A stretch of 64,000 nt of DNA from an archaeon (GTDB lineage Archaea; Nanobdellota; Nanobdellia; Woesearchaeales; GCA-2686295), in NCBI GenBank assembly GCA_043822105.1, contig JBDRCD010000003.1, positions 870 to 64,869 on the forward strand, read 5' to 3'. The notes beneath the pieces are model-generated. The model was given only the letters and a program-made list of their open reading frames with translations, was not told where the DNA came from and searched no databases. A program made the translations under genes and the position numbers. This document shows, in pieces, positions 7,776 through 17,440 of the stretch. Numbering within the stretch: position 1 is the first letter of the stretch; each line of letters starts with the position of its first letter.

Positions 7776-9551
7776 ATGATTGAAAACCAACTAACCATAA
7801 TCGGAATTTTAATGATATTCTCAATAATAGCAGGATTATTGTCTGCGAAGTTCAAACAACCGCTGGTGCTGGGACTATTGATAATTGGAATGTTCATAGG
7901 ACCAAGTGGATTTGGACTAGTCGGAGATGCCAACATGATTAACTTCATGATAGAGCTGGGTGCAATACTATTTCTATTTGTAATTGGAATGGAATTTTCT
8001 ATAAAACGACTATCAAGAATAGGTTTGAAAGCAATAACAGTAACACTATTCAAAGTTGGAATAATGTTCTTCACCATATTTGTAACAACTGTTCTTTTAG
8101 GGTTTAATACTACAACGGCAGCATTTACAGGAGTAATATTTTCATTTTCAAGCACAGCCATAATAACAAGTATTCTTAGACAAAAACAACTAATAAAAAG
8201 AAGTGAAGTGCCATTGCTGGTTGCAATCTTGGTATTGGAAGACGCTTTTGGAATATTTGCACTAACCTTTTTCAATTCATTAAACAAGGCGGGTGCGGCA
8301 GGGTTGATCACAGCAATACAGCATTTGGTAATAAGCCTCACAATACTTGTCGCAGTTTACCTTCTGGTTGCAAAATTCGCAGAAAGAGTTGTCACATGGG
8401 TTACTAAAAATGCAGGTGAAGAATTCATAATGTTCATAAGCCTGGTATTGTGTGTGGCATTTGCATACTTCAGTTATCTACTCCATCTAAGTCCCAGTGC
8501 AGGTGCATTTTTGGCAGGAAGTGTGATATCAACATTTGCAGAGTCAAAGAAATTTGAGCACTCAATAAAGCCATATTCACTGATGTTCACATCATTTTTT
8601 TTCATAGCAATAGGAACACTGATAGATTTAACTGCCATATCTGAAAATCTGATTTCAATACTTGTTTTGATGACTGTATCGATTGTTAGTTTATTTATAG
8701 CGGTTGGAGTTACAACAAAAGTCTTTGCAAACTTTTCAAATGAAGGTGCAATTTTTAGCACAATAGCAATGCTTCCGCCGGGGGCATTTTCGCTACTGGT
8801 GGCAAGAGAAAGCATGAGTCTTGGATCACAAACAGATCTTGTAACCATAACCTCCGTTGTAATTTTGTTGAGCTCAATATTTATGTCAATAGGAATTGGA
8901 AGCCACAGAAAATTATCAGACCTAATATCAGTAAAAAATGGTTTTCATAAAACCACTAGTTCATTATCGAACTACACAAAAACCTTGTTTGAAGAAATAG
9001 AAATAGAAAATCATCATACAAGAAAACTCAAGTCTTTAATGGGCAGATATCTAAAAACCAGTTTTATATCATTACTGATTGTAGTTATAGCTTCTGAAAT
9101 ATCATCCTACTTCCATACAAATGTTCCGAAATATTTTATATTTGGAGTTGGTCTGCTTGGTGCTGTAATGTTTTTCATAAGGGCCGCTGATTTATTCAAA
9201 AAAGTGATTGAACAGCTGGTACACATATTAACCACTCTTGAAGGAGGCACCAGAATAATGAAAACTCGTAAAATATTAAAAGCAATGATTTACGGTTTGA
9301 TGTTGTCTTTGATTGGTTTGTTTTCTCCGCTGCTGATATATGCTCTTGGATTGAGCGCATGGTTCTTGATAATTTCAGTGGTTGTAATTATTGCAAGTTT
9401 AATCTTGATATCAACTGCCTATAATATACTTGTTAAGGTTTCCTACCAACATAAGTATATAATTCCAAGCTATAAGAAAGTTGACTTCAAAAAGGAATTC
9501 AACAGAAAGATATCGCTGATTAAACAAGGACACGAAAAAAACATTGAATAG
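7776..9551 (+). CDS. Cation:proton antiporter (CPA2/Kef-type) with an extra C-terminal membrane domain
   Basis: About 12 TM segments typical of the Na+/H+ exchanger family, then a further TM-rich tail. Confidence 0.7.
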   Translation: MIENQLTIIGILMIFSIIAGLLSAKFKQPLVLGLLIIGMFIGPSGFGLVGDANMINFMIELGAILFLFVIGMEFSIKRLSRIGLKAITVTLFKVGIMFFTIFVTTVLLGFNTTTAAFTGVIFSFSSTAIITSILRQKQLIKRSEVPLLVAILVLEDAFGIFALTFFNSLNKAGAAGLITAIQHLVISLTILVAVYLLVAKFAERVVTWVTKNAGEEFIMFISLVLCVAFAYFSYLLHLSPSAGAFLAGSVISTFAESKKFEHSIKPYSLMFTSFFFIAIGTLIDLTAISENLISILVLMTVSIVSLFIAVGVTTKVFANFSNEGAIFSTIAMLPPGAFSLLVARESMSLGSQTDLVTITSVVILLSSIFMSIGIGSHRKLSDLISVKNGFHKTTSSLSNYTKTLFEEIEIENHHTRKLKSLMGRYLKTSFISLLIVVIASEISSYFHTNVPKYFIFGVGLLGAVMFFIRAADLFKKVIEQLVHILTTLEGGTRIMKTRKILKAMIYGLMLSLIGLFSPLLIYALGLSAWFLIISVVVIIASLILISTAYNILVKVSYQHKYIIPSYKKVDFKKEFNRKISLIKQGHEKNIE

Positions 9552-9636
9552 AAATCAGTCATAAAATTTATAACAAATATACTATTTTGTATACTGAAAT
9601 ACAAATATTTATAAAAGTATAATTATCTATATATAT

Positions 9637-10770
9637 ATGAATGAGTCTCCCGCTAGAGCTAGTAATAAATCCTTATTTGTAGTTGGAGGAATATTGCTTG
9701 CAATAGTTCTGGGCTGTGCAGCATGGTTCTCCTGCAGAGAATACTGTGTAACCTATTTTTATACCAACTATGCTCTTATTCTAGCAAAAACATTTCTCTA
9801 TGCCAGAAAACTTGTTATAATACTGTTACTATTCATAATCTTTAAGATACTGCAAAGGTTTCTGCTTGAGAAACTAATCAGGTCAATCGCCATTAAAACA
9901 AAAATATCCAATAACTATGAAGGAGTTCTTAAATTGTTGCGATTTGGTTTGTGGGTGGTATTCTCACTAATAGTGTTGGCAATACTGATTGGTAATTTCA
10001 CAACAATATTTGCCTCTTTGGGTTTATTTGCATTTGGTTTGACATTTGCACTTCAAAAACCGATACTGAACTTTGTTGGATGGCTGACAATTATTTCAAA
10101 AAGAATGTATGTTGAAGGTGATAGAATTAAGGTTGGAGCCGTTGTTGGAGATGTTGTGGACATCCAAGTAATGAACACCATTCTTGACGGGATACTTGAT
10201 AATTCCAATGTTTCAAGCGGAAAAAAAGTAATACTTCCAAACGAGCTAATATTATCAACTGATGTTCAGAACTATACGATGGACAGCAACTACATTGTTC
10301 AGGAACTATTGATATCCATAACCTATGAAAGCAACTATCACGAAGCAATCAAGATTTTGAAAAATATAATTCGAGAACAAATTGCAAAGAATAAATCCAA
10401 GTATGTTGATAAGATGATTAAGAATCAGCAGACCGTTGACAAGTTTATCAAACAATTGCTCTCAAAAAAGAACGTCACTGTTGACAAACTGAAAAAAGAC
10501 GTTGAACTGGAAAAACTAAACGAAGAAAAAGAACACATTGAACAGATGATTGATGAATTGGGAGAGCGATTCCAGCCAAAGATACGAGTCGAGATGCTTG
10601 ACTCTGCAATTCAATTGATTGGACAGTTCAAGTGTCCATACGATGAGATTAAAAAGTATAGAACTGCGATAAACCTGAAGTTTATGGATGTAATCAATGA
10701 GCGAGACGACATTTCAATAGCATATCCACATATGCAGCTTGTTCAAACCGATAAGACCAAGAAAAAATGA
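9637..10770 (+). CDS. Mechanosensitive ion channel (MscS family)
   Basis: TM segments followed by GDRIKVGAVVGDVVDIQVMNTIL, the MscS beta-domain signature. Confidence 0.75.
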   Translation: MNESPARASNKSLFVVGGILLAIVLGCAAWFSCREYCVTYFYTNYALILAKTFLYARKLVIILLLFIIFKILQRFLLEKLIRSIAIKTKISNNYEGVLKLLRFGLWVVFSLIVLAILIGNFTTIFASLGLFAFGLTFALQKPILNFVGWLTIISKRMYVEGDRIKVGAVVGDVVDIQVMNTILDGILDNSNVSSGKKVILPNELILSTDVQNYTMDSNYIVQELLISITYESNYHEAIKILKNIIREQIAKNKSKYVDKMIKNQQTVDKFIKQLLSKKNVTVDKLKKDVELEKLNEEKEHIEQMIDELGERFQPKIRVEMLDSAIQLIGQFKCPYDEIKKYRTAINLKFMDVINERDDISIAYPHMQLVQTDKTKKK

Positions 10771-10775
10771 TTATT

Positions 10776-11726
10776 CTAGAACCACTTTCTTTTCTTAAAG
10801 TAGAGTAGCATTCCTGCTATCATTAGAAACATGAGAAGCATCATTATCCAGAAACCATAATGTGCTGTTGAACCCGGCAGGTTTGTGAAGTTGGTTCCGT
10901 ATATTCCTGAAATAACCGTCAGTGGAAGTGCAATTGTAGCAATTATACTAAGAACCTTCATTACTTCGTTCATATTGTTTGAGACCGCAGACATGTAGGC
11001 GTCAAATGTTCCGCCTATGGCTTCTCGATAGTTCTCTATTAAGTCGGAAACTCTAATTGAATGGTCATGTATATCTCTGAAGTACGGCTTTGTTTTACTT
11101 GACAGAAATTTATTGTCTTCCTTTACCAAGAAAGCTATTTTCTCTCTCTGTGGAAGAACAACTTTTTTTATGAATATTATCTGTCTCTTCAAAGCTATTA
11201 TTTTAGCAAGTGATTTTGGGTCAGGTTTTTGTGTAACCTCTTCTTCAATGTCTTCCAGTTCATCATCAATTGTTTCCAGAACAGGAGAATAATTGTCTAT
11301 TTCCTGATCCAACAGAGTGTGAAACAAAAAGTCAACTCCCTTTTGAAATAATCCTATTAATTTGACTTCGTTTTGTTTCAGGTTTTCAAATGTCTCCAGT
11401 TTTATTTTATGGTTTGTTATCAGAAAATTTTTTCCTATTATGAAATTTAATTCTATCAAATCTATTTTTTTTGTTTTTTTAATGCCAAAAAAGATTGAGA
11501 ACAAATAGTTTGGAAACTGTTCATTTTTTATTCTTGTTCCGTTGATTACCAAGTCTTCTGTAGTCAAATGGTGCAGTTCAAACTCACTTTCTAATTTTTT
11601 AGATTCTTCAATGGTTATGTTTGTCACATCAACCCACAGAGGATAATCTCTGAAATTATGTAATTTATCCACAGAACCCTTTTTTAGACCTTCATTGTAA
11701 TAGGTTATTTCAATCAAAAAAATCAC
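10776..11726 (-). CDS. corA: CorA-family magnesium transporter
   Basis: Two C-terminal TM helices with GIYGTNF (a GMN-type motif). GTG start. Confidence 0.8.
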   Translation of the reverse strand: MIFLIEITYYNEGLKKGSVDKLHNFRDYPLWVDVTNITIEESKKLESEFELHHLTTEDLVINGTRIKNEQFPNYLFSIFFGIKKTKKIDLIELNFIIGKNFLITNHKIKLETFENLKQNEVKLIGLFQKGVDFLFHTLLDQEIDNYSPVLETIDDELEDIEEEVTQKPDPKSLAKIIALKRQIIFIKKVVLPQREKIAFLVKEDNKFLSSKTKPYFRDIHDHSIRVSDLIENYREAIGGTFDAYMSAVSNNMNEVMKVLSIIATIALPLTVISGIYGTNFTNLPGSTAHYGFWIMMLLMFLMIAGMLLYFKKRKWF

Positions 11727-11747
11727 CTTGAATTATTTTTATTTTTT

Positions 11748-11785
11748 TGAGGTCCCAAAAATTTTCAATTTTTGATACAATCATT
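11748..11785. repeat. 38-nt intergenic repeat, copy 1 (contains palindrome CAAAAAT-N5-ATTTTTG)
   Basis: tgaggtcccaaaaattttcaatttttgatacaatcatt. It matches 63482..63519 at 37 of 38 positions. It lies between the MscS stop and the corA start. Confidence 0.85.
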
Positions 11786-12707
11786 TCCTAGTAAACCTCT
11801 TATTTTTATCTTTGAACACAATTGTTCTATATGGAAAGGGTATTTCAACTCCTTCCCTATCAAATCTTTTCTTTATGCTTTCGTTAAGGTCACAGCTCAT
11901 AGACCATGCTTTTGCAGGATTTTCACACCATACATAGGCTCTTAGATTAACCGATGAATCTCCAAAACCAATTACTTTGACCTTTACAATGGAATCTTTA
12001 TTTAATTTTTCTTCTTCTGTTCGGTTGTCAATGTGATTTGGATGCTTTAATGATTCCTCTAACATTATTTTCTTTGCTTTGTCAACGTCCGAGTCATAGC
12101 TTATCCCAAATTCAATCCAATTACAGATTTTTTCATCTCCGATTGTTGAGTTTTCTAGCACTTCATTGTTTATGACTGAGTTAGGTATAATTATTCTTTT
12201 GTTCTCAAAATTTTTTATTACTGTGTGTCTTAATGTAATGTCTTCAACTATTCCTCTTACCTCGGTGCCTATTTTCAAACGGTCACCTATTCTAAAAGGT
12301 TTGAATATAACAATGAAAATTCCACTTATGATGTTTGAGAATGCTTGTTGGGAAGCAAATCCAATTATAATTGCGAGAATTCCTGCACCTGCAAGTAGAG
12401 AAACTGCCAAAGTTCTCAGAGAAGGAATCATGTAAATTGCAATGCCAATTCCAATCAAGTAAATGCTTGCTGAAACAAGATACCTGATAAAAGTATATCT
12501 TGTGGGATCAACATGAAGTATTTTAGATGATCTCTTGAAAGCTTTCTTTAGAATAAAACCAACTATTCTAACAACTAAAAAAGTAATTACAAATATTGAA
12601 ACAATCAATAGTATTCTTCCAAAACCATCAATAAGAATTTGTTTTATATCAGGAAAAGCCATGATAAATATATCCTGATGTTCTTTATAAATATTGCGAA
12701 TCCACAA
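11781..12707 (-). CDS. Small-conductance mechanosensitive channel (MscS family)
   Basis: FKPFRIGDRLKIGTEVRGIVEDITLRHT signature. The likely start is MAFPDIK at 12662. Confidence 0.8.
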   Translation of the reverse strand: MWIRNIYKEHQDIFIMAFPDIKQILIDGFGRILLIVSIFVITFLVVRIVGFILKKAFKRSSKILHVDPTRYTFIRYLVSASIYLIGIGIAIYMIPSLRTLAVSLLAGAGILAIIIGFASQQAFSNIISGIFIVIFKPFRIGDRLKIGTEVRGIVEDITLRHTVIKNFENKRIIIPNSVINNEVLENSTIGDEKICNWIEFGISYDSDVDKAKKIMLEESLKHPNHIDNRTEEEKLNKDSIVKVKVIGFGDSSVNLRAYVWCENPAKAWSMSCDLNESIKKRFDREGVEIPFPYRTIVFKDKNKRFTRK

Positions 12708-12754
12708 AATTTAAATAACTCCTGCTTAATCAAATATTAAACTTATAGGGAGGA

Positions 12755-13318
12755 ATGCACAAAATGGTTTCAACATTATGGATTGTTATAATTATAGTAG
12801 CTGTTATAGTTCTATTAATTATAGGATTATTCAACAGACTTATTAGATTGAAGAACCAAGTCAAGAACTCTTTTGCTCAGATTGATGTTCAGCTTAAGAG
12901 ACGAAATGATTTGATTCCAAATTTGGTTAATGCTGTCAAGGGTTATATGAAGCATGAAAAGTCAACTCTTGAAAATATTACTAAGGCCAGAGCGGCTGTT
13001 ATGCAAGCTACTACTCCTGGTGAAAAAGGAAAAGCAAGTAATATGTTGAGTCAAACTTTGAAAAGCTTGTTTGCAGTTTCAGAGAATTACCCTGATTTGA
13101 AGGCTAATCAAAACTTCTTACAATTACAGGAAGAATTGGCTGGAACAGAGAATAAGATTGCTTATTCAAGACAACACTACAACGACATTGTTATGGTCTT
13201 CAACACCAAGATAGAAACTTTCCCAAACAATACAATTGCAGGAATGCTTGGTTTTAAGAAAGAAGCATCTTTCGAAGCATCAGCTGAAGAAAGAAAGAAT
13301 GTTAAAGTAGAATTCTGA
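12755..13318 (+). CDS. lemA: LemA family protein
   Basis: N-terminal TM segment plus NRLIRLKNQV...QLKRRNDLIPNLV, typical of LemA. Confidence 0.8.
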   Translation: MHKMVSTLWIVIIIVAVIVLLIIGLFNRLIRLKNQVKNSFAQIDVQLKRRNDLIPNLVNAVKGYMKHEKSTLENITKARAAVMQATTPGEKGKASNMLSQTLKSLFAVSENYPDLKANQNFLQLQEELAGTENKIAYSRQHYNDIVMVFNTKIETFPNNTIAGMLGFKKEASFEASAEERKNVKVEF

Positions 13319-14217
13319 TGCGAATAGCTTTTGATGATATAAGAAGGAACAATGTGAAAACATGGTTCCTCATTTTTTTATTTTTCATACTTGTATCTCT
13401 GTTTGGTGTTGCTTTTGGTTTGTACATGGGCAGTATTGTCTTTGGTTTGATTATAACAACTATTTTTGGAGTAATCTATACTTTAGTTGTTTTTTCTTCA
13501 GGCGACAAGATGATTATGAGCATTTCTGGTGCTAAAGAAGTTACTAAGCAAGAATATCCTCACTTGTTTCACACTGTTGAAGGATTGGCATTGGCTGCAG
13601 GCTTGCCTACACCCAAATGCTATGTTATTAAAGATACTGCTTTGAATGCTTTTGCAACCGGAAGAAAGCCTGAATCTGCTTCTATAGCTGTTACAACTGG
13701 TTTATTGGAAAAGTTGAATAGACAGGAGTTAGAAGGAGTTGTTGCTCATGAGATGAGTCATATAAAAAACAATGATATCAAAGTTATGATGCTCGCTGCT
13801 GTTCTCGTTGGTGTTATTTTGTTATTAAGTCAATTTTTGTTAAGAAGCTTCTTATGGGGTGGAAAAGGCGGTGGTAAGAAAGGTAGTGGTAATGCTGCTC
13901 TTGTTATGATAGTTGTAGGATTAGTTCTTGCTATATTGGCGCCTATTATTTCTGAACTGATTAAAATGTCTATTAGCAGAAAGAGAGAGTACATGGCAGA
14001 TGCATCTGGTGCAATGTTGACCAGGTATCCTCCTGGCTTGGCTAGCGCTTTGAAGAAGATTTCTAAAGATCCAGACCCATTGGTTGACACTGCGAATAAA
14101 GCAACCGCACACTTGTTTATCAGCTCGCCATTTAGAAGGAAGAAAAGTGGTCGTAGTAGATTGTTTTCTACGCACCCGCCAATAGAAGAAAGAATTAAAA
14201 GATTGAAGGAGATGTAA
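13318..14217 (+). CDS. htpX: HtpX-like M48 zinc metalloprotease
   Basis: HEMSHIKNND (HExxH) with TM helices. Start overlaps the lemA stop. Confidence 0.85.
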   Translation: MRIAFDDIRRNNVKTWFLIFLFFILVSLFGVAFGLYMGSIVFGLIITTIFGVIYTLVVFSSGDKMIMSISGAKEVTKQEYPHLFHTVEGLALAAGLPTPKCYVIKDTALNAFATGRKPESASIAVTTGLLEKLNRQELEGVVAHEMSHIKNNDIKVMMLAAVLVGVILLLSQFLLRSFLWGGKGGGKKGSGNAALVMIVVGLVLAILAPIISELIKMSISRKREYMADASGAMLTRYPPGLASALKKISKDPDPLVDTANKATAHLFISSPFRRKKSGRSRLFSTHPPIEERIKRLKEM

Positions 14218-14257
14218 TTGCAAAAACTTATAAATAGTTGCTGTTTTTGTTCCAATC

Positions 14258-14455
14258 ATGCCAAGAATGCCAACATATGACAGACGAAGGAGAACTTCAG
14301 ACAGATTATCCAGAGACAGGGCTAAAAGACCTAAAACATTCATATCTGAAGAATCTGCAAAGAAATATGCTGAAGCTCACAACCTGAAAAACTATAAAAT
14401 GGTTAACATTTCAACCATTAACAGCAAACTAAAAATCAAACTTGTTCTGAAATAA
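14258..14455 (+). CDS. Small basic hypothetical protein
   Basis: ORF track only. Arg/Lys-rich N-terminus. Confidence 0.3.
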   Translation: MPRMPTYDRRRRTSDRLSRDRAKRPKTFISEESAKKYAEAHNLKNYKMVNISTINSKLKIKLVLK

Positions 14456-14473
14456 ACATTAATAAACTCTAAA

Positions 14474-15487
14474 TTGTTTTCTAAAGTAATGATAAACACA
14501 ATCTCCATCGAGAAAGCATTGAAACTCAAAGACGCTGTATTTATTGATACTCGTTCTCCAAAGGAGTTTGCAGAAGATAATATTCTCGGTGCCATCAGCT
14601 GCCCTATTTTTTCTGATGAAGAAAGAAAAGAAATAGGAATTTTGTATAAGAAGGACCAAGGTAAAGCTTTTGAAAAAGGAAAAGCGATTTATGAAAGCAA
14701 AGTTGATAACTTCATCAAGAAGTACAAGAAGTTTGATAAAAACAAGCCAATAGTTGTCTATTGCTGGAGAGGTGGAATCCGTTCTGAAACCATAACTAAG
14801 CTTATAGAAAGTCTTGGTTACAACGCTTTTCAACTTGTAGGAGGTCATAAAGCTTTCAGAGGTTTTATCAGAGATAAACTGGAGAATTACAAGCTTCCTT
14901 TCAAACTCGTTGTTTTGCAGGGACTTGCCGGCTGTGGAAAAACCGATCTGATTAAAGAGTTGAAACCGTCCATTGATCTGGAAGAACTTGCAGGGCATAG
15001 AAGCTCTCTTTTTGGTGCCATTGGGCTTGAACCAAAATCTCAGAAAATGTTTGAGAGCAGATTATGGTTCAAACTGGAAGAGTTAAAGCAAGAAAAAACA
15101 GTTTTCATCGAAGGCGAAGCAAAGAAGATTGGAAATATATTTGTTCCTGACTTTTTATTTGGTGCAATGCAGAAAGCAATGACAGTCTATGTGAATACTT
15201 CTCTAAAAGAGCGTGTTAAAAGAATTGTTAGGGATTATTTCTCGCATGGAGAAGACGAGGAAATTAAGAATATTATTTCAAAGCTTAAGGTTTCTTTAAG
15301 CAATAAAGTTGTTGAAGAAATGCATAAACAAGTAGATAACAAAGAATATGAGAAAGTTGCAGAGCATTTGCTTGTAAAATACTACGATGATAGATATGTA
15401 CATGCAAATAAAGATATAAAATATTCTTTTGAAGTTAACAATGATTCTGTAGAAAAAGTAGTTAAGGAATTAGTTAAACTCCTATAA
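14474..15487 (+). CDS. selU: tRNA 2-selenouridine synthase-like (rhodanese + P-loop)
   Basis: VVYCWRGGIRSE rhodanese active site followed by LQGLAGCGKTDLI P-loop. Confidence 0.75.
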   Translation: MFSKVMINTISIEKALKLKDAVFIDTRSPKEFAEDNILGAISCPIFSDEERKEIGILYKKDQGKAFEKGKAIYESKVDNFIKKYKKFDKNKPIVVYCWRGGIRSETITKLIESLGYNAFQLVGGHKAFRGFIRDKLENYKLPFKLVVLQGLAGCGKTDLIKELKPSIDLEELAGHRSSLFGAIGLEPKSQKMFESRLWFKLEELKQEKTVFIEGEAKKIGNIFVPDFLFGAMQKAMTVYVNTSLKERVKRIVRDYFSHGEDEEIKNIISKLKVSLSNKVVEEMHKQVDNKEYEKVAEHLLVKYYDDRYVHANKDIKYSFEVNNDSVEKVVKELVKLL

Positions 15488-16301
15488 TTCCAGGATTTAC
15501 AAGAAGAATAATCCCCAGTAGTAGCATTATTGCTCCGCCTATGAACTTTATTAGAGCCATTGTCTCTTTCTTTATTTGTTTACCTTTGAATGTAAGTCCG
15601 AATACTGTTACGATAACTACTAGGGGTGTTACATAGAATAAATTATAGAGTGCTAAATACAAGTAATGGCTGAACCCTGTTATTGAATGCCCTGTCAGTA
15701 TTCCAGTGTATATTATTGGAAAGCCTGCAGTACACGGCAGTTCAACTAAAGAAGAAAAAATAGCTAGGATTATTGATGCACCAATCAGCGTTGGTATTGA
15801 CCCTCTTTTTATCAAATCGGCGACTTTCTGTATTCTTTCTTTTAATGGTCCTACAAAACTATCTTGGACCATCAGAGTTATTCCTTTTCTGTAGAAGAAT
15901 AACTCCTTAACATTGATTAGTCCTGCTATTATTGCGAGCAACGCTATTGTTATTCTCAGAGGTGTTATGAACCCAACGTATTTGAACACGTTTAGCCATG
16001 CAGCCATGAATAGGAAATAAAAAATGTAAACCACAACTATAAAGCTATATCCTACTGCAAATATTCTTTTTCTTGATTGAGATTCTGTCAGTATTAAACT
16101 TAAAAGCATTGTAAGAATGAATAAATTGCAGGGATTAAATCCGTCAACCATTGAAATTATTATTGTGAACAGAGGTAATGGTAGTTTGTTTCCAAACTCT
16201 GTTAATGCGTAGGGATCAACTTTTTGAAGAAAAATGTATGCTAGAATAATTATACCTGTTGTAATTCCAATAATTAATAGTTTTTTGTAACTCTCTTTCA
16301 T
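15474..16301 (-). CDS. CcdA/DsbD-like membrane thiol-disulfide transporter (tentative)
   Basis: Polytopic membrane protein with Cys in TM segments (GFNPCNLF, ELPCTAGFP). Confidence 0.45.
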   Translation of the reverse strand: MKESYKKLLIIGITTGIIILAYIFLQKVDPYALTEFGNKLPLPLFTIIISMVDGFNPCNLFILTMLLSLILTESQSRKRIFAVGYSFIVVVYIFYFLFMAAWLNVFKYVGFITPLRITIALLAIIAGLINVKELFFYRKGITLMVQDSFVGPLKERIQKVADLIKRGSIPTLIGASIILAIFSSLVELPCTAGFPIIYTGILTGHSITGFSHYLYLALYNLFYVTPLVVIVTVFGLTFKGKQIKKETMALIKFIGGAIMLLLGIILLVNPGIIGV

Positions 16302-16594
16302 TTTAGCTTGTAGTTGCCACCTTCTATTTTTATTGCTTTTCCATTTACTATGGCATCTGCTATTTTCTTTCTTGCAGAAATTATTAATCTGTGAAACGTT
16401 GGTTGTGAAATATCCATTTTCTTAGCTGCTTCTCCTTGTTCTATTCCTTCTAGATCCTTTAATCTTATTGCTTCAAATTCGCTTACAGAAACTATTGATT
16501 CGTTTAATTCAGATAAGGGTACACCTCGTGGTTTAAAATAGGTAATATTCGGCTCAGAGTGTACCCTTCTATGTCTTCTTGGTCTGGGAGACAT
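16298..16594 (-). CDS. DUF134 (UPF0251) predicted DNA-binding protein
   Basis: MSPRPRRHRRV...FKPRGVP...EFEAIRLKDLEGIEQGEAAKKMDISQPTFHRL. Start refined to the ATG that overlaps the upstream TAA. Confidence 0.75.
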   Translation of the reverse strand: MSPRPRRHRRVHSEPNITYFKPRGVPLSELNESIVSVSEFEAIRLKDLEGIEQGEAAKKMDISQPTFHRLIISARKKIADAIVNGKAIKIEGGNYKLK

Positions 16595-16737
16595 TATCTT
16601 CTTCCTCTTCTGCAACCGCAGCCTCTTCTTAAGGATCTTGCTTTATCTAGGTTTTCATCGCTTCCTTTGCAGTTTCCCATTCCTCTTCCAGTTCTTGGTC
16701 CTTTTCCTTCAGGTCCTGTTCCGTCTTTATTTGACAT
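16594..16737 (-). CDS. DUF5320-like small Gly/Arg-rich protein
   Basis: Not in the ORF track (47 aa): MSNKDGTGPEGKGPRTGRGMGNCKGSDENLDKARSLRRGCGCRRGRR. GGAGG lies upstream. This family is the usual partner of DUF134 genes. Confidence 0.65.
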   Translation of the reverse strand: MSNKDGTGPEGKGPRTGRGMGNCKGSDENLDKARSLRRGCGCRRGRR

Positions 16738-16770
16738 TTTTTTACCTCCAATGTTTATTTTGGATGGTTC

Positions 16771-16788
16771 CAAAAATCATGATTTTTG
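16771..16788. repeat. Perfect 18-bp palindrome CAAAAATCATGATTTTTG
   Basis: Its flanks (ggttc...atac) resemble the 38-nt repeat. It lies between the 16875..17348 gene and the DUF5320 operon. Confidence 0.7.
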
Positions 16789-16874
16789 ATACCTCCATTA
16801 TGAATATATATTCATTAATTATATATAAATGTTTCTATTTTTTGTAAAAAATAAAGAGAAAAAGAACTGAAAAA

Positions 16875-17348
16875 TTAGTACAGCATAACTACATCTGCGT
16901 ATCTCTGTATCTCTGTTCCCGGATAATTGAACTGTATGAACAAAGGTTTTCTGTTGGTTGTTTCCAAATCGCTGCAGACAAGCTCTGCTTCAATCTCTTC
17001 ACCGCTTGCAAAATCCTTTCCGATTAACAGTTCATCGCAGTTGTCTCCGTAAATCTTGGTCACATAAACATAGTTTTCAGAACTTACGATGAGTCTTATT
17101 TTCTCATCTGTTACTCCGTACTTCTCGCATGTGAATGGTGCGCCTATTTCACATTCTGCATCTAACCAGATTGTTCCAAGTTCGCCTTCAATAGTTTCCT
17201 GTTTAGGCTCATCTAGAGTGGTTTCTTCTACAACATTTATTGAATCAGTGGATTCAGATTCGGTTGTTGTGATTGTGTCAGCCTGCTCAACACAGGATAC
17301 CAGCAACAAAGTCAATATTAATCCCAAAATTATAGTTATTGTTTTCAT
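16875..17348 (-). CDS. Secreted lipoprotein, hypothetical
   Basis: Signal peptide with LLVSC lipobox, acidic mature part. Confidence 0.55.
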   Translation of the reverse strand: MKTITIILGLILTLLLVSCVEQADTITTTESESTDSINVVEETTLDEPKQETIEGELGTIWLDAECEIGAPFTCEKYGVTDEKIRLIVSSENYVYVTKIYGDNCDELLIGKDFASGEEIEAELVCSDLETTNRKPLFIQFNYPGTEIQRYADVVMLY

Positions 17349-17440
17349 TTTAGATAGAGTTCTTGGTTTTCAATTAAAAAGTTTTTGATTTCACAAACTT
17401 TAAATAGTCTAATTAACAGCGTTTAATTCAAGGTGATAAT

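Noticed and set aside
7706-8341. Minus-strand 211-aa ORF and the 8474..8848 ORF
   Set aside because: They are antisense to the CPA2 antiporter, which has a coherent multi-TM translation. They are typical shadow ORFs in AT-rich membrane genes.
16559-16847. Plus-strand ORFs 16559..16789 and 16638..16847
   Set aside because: They have a Leu/Pro/Phe-rich composition. The opposite strand encodes a convincing DUF5320-like protein with an SD and a coupled stop/start.
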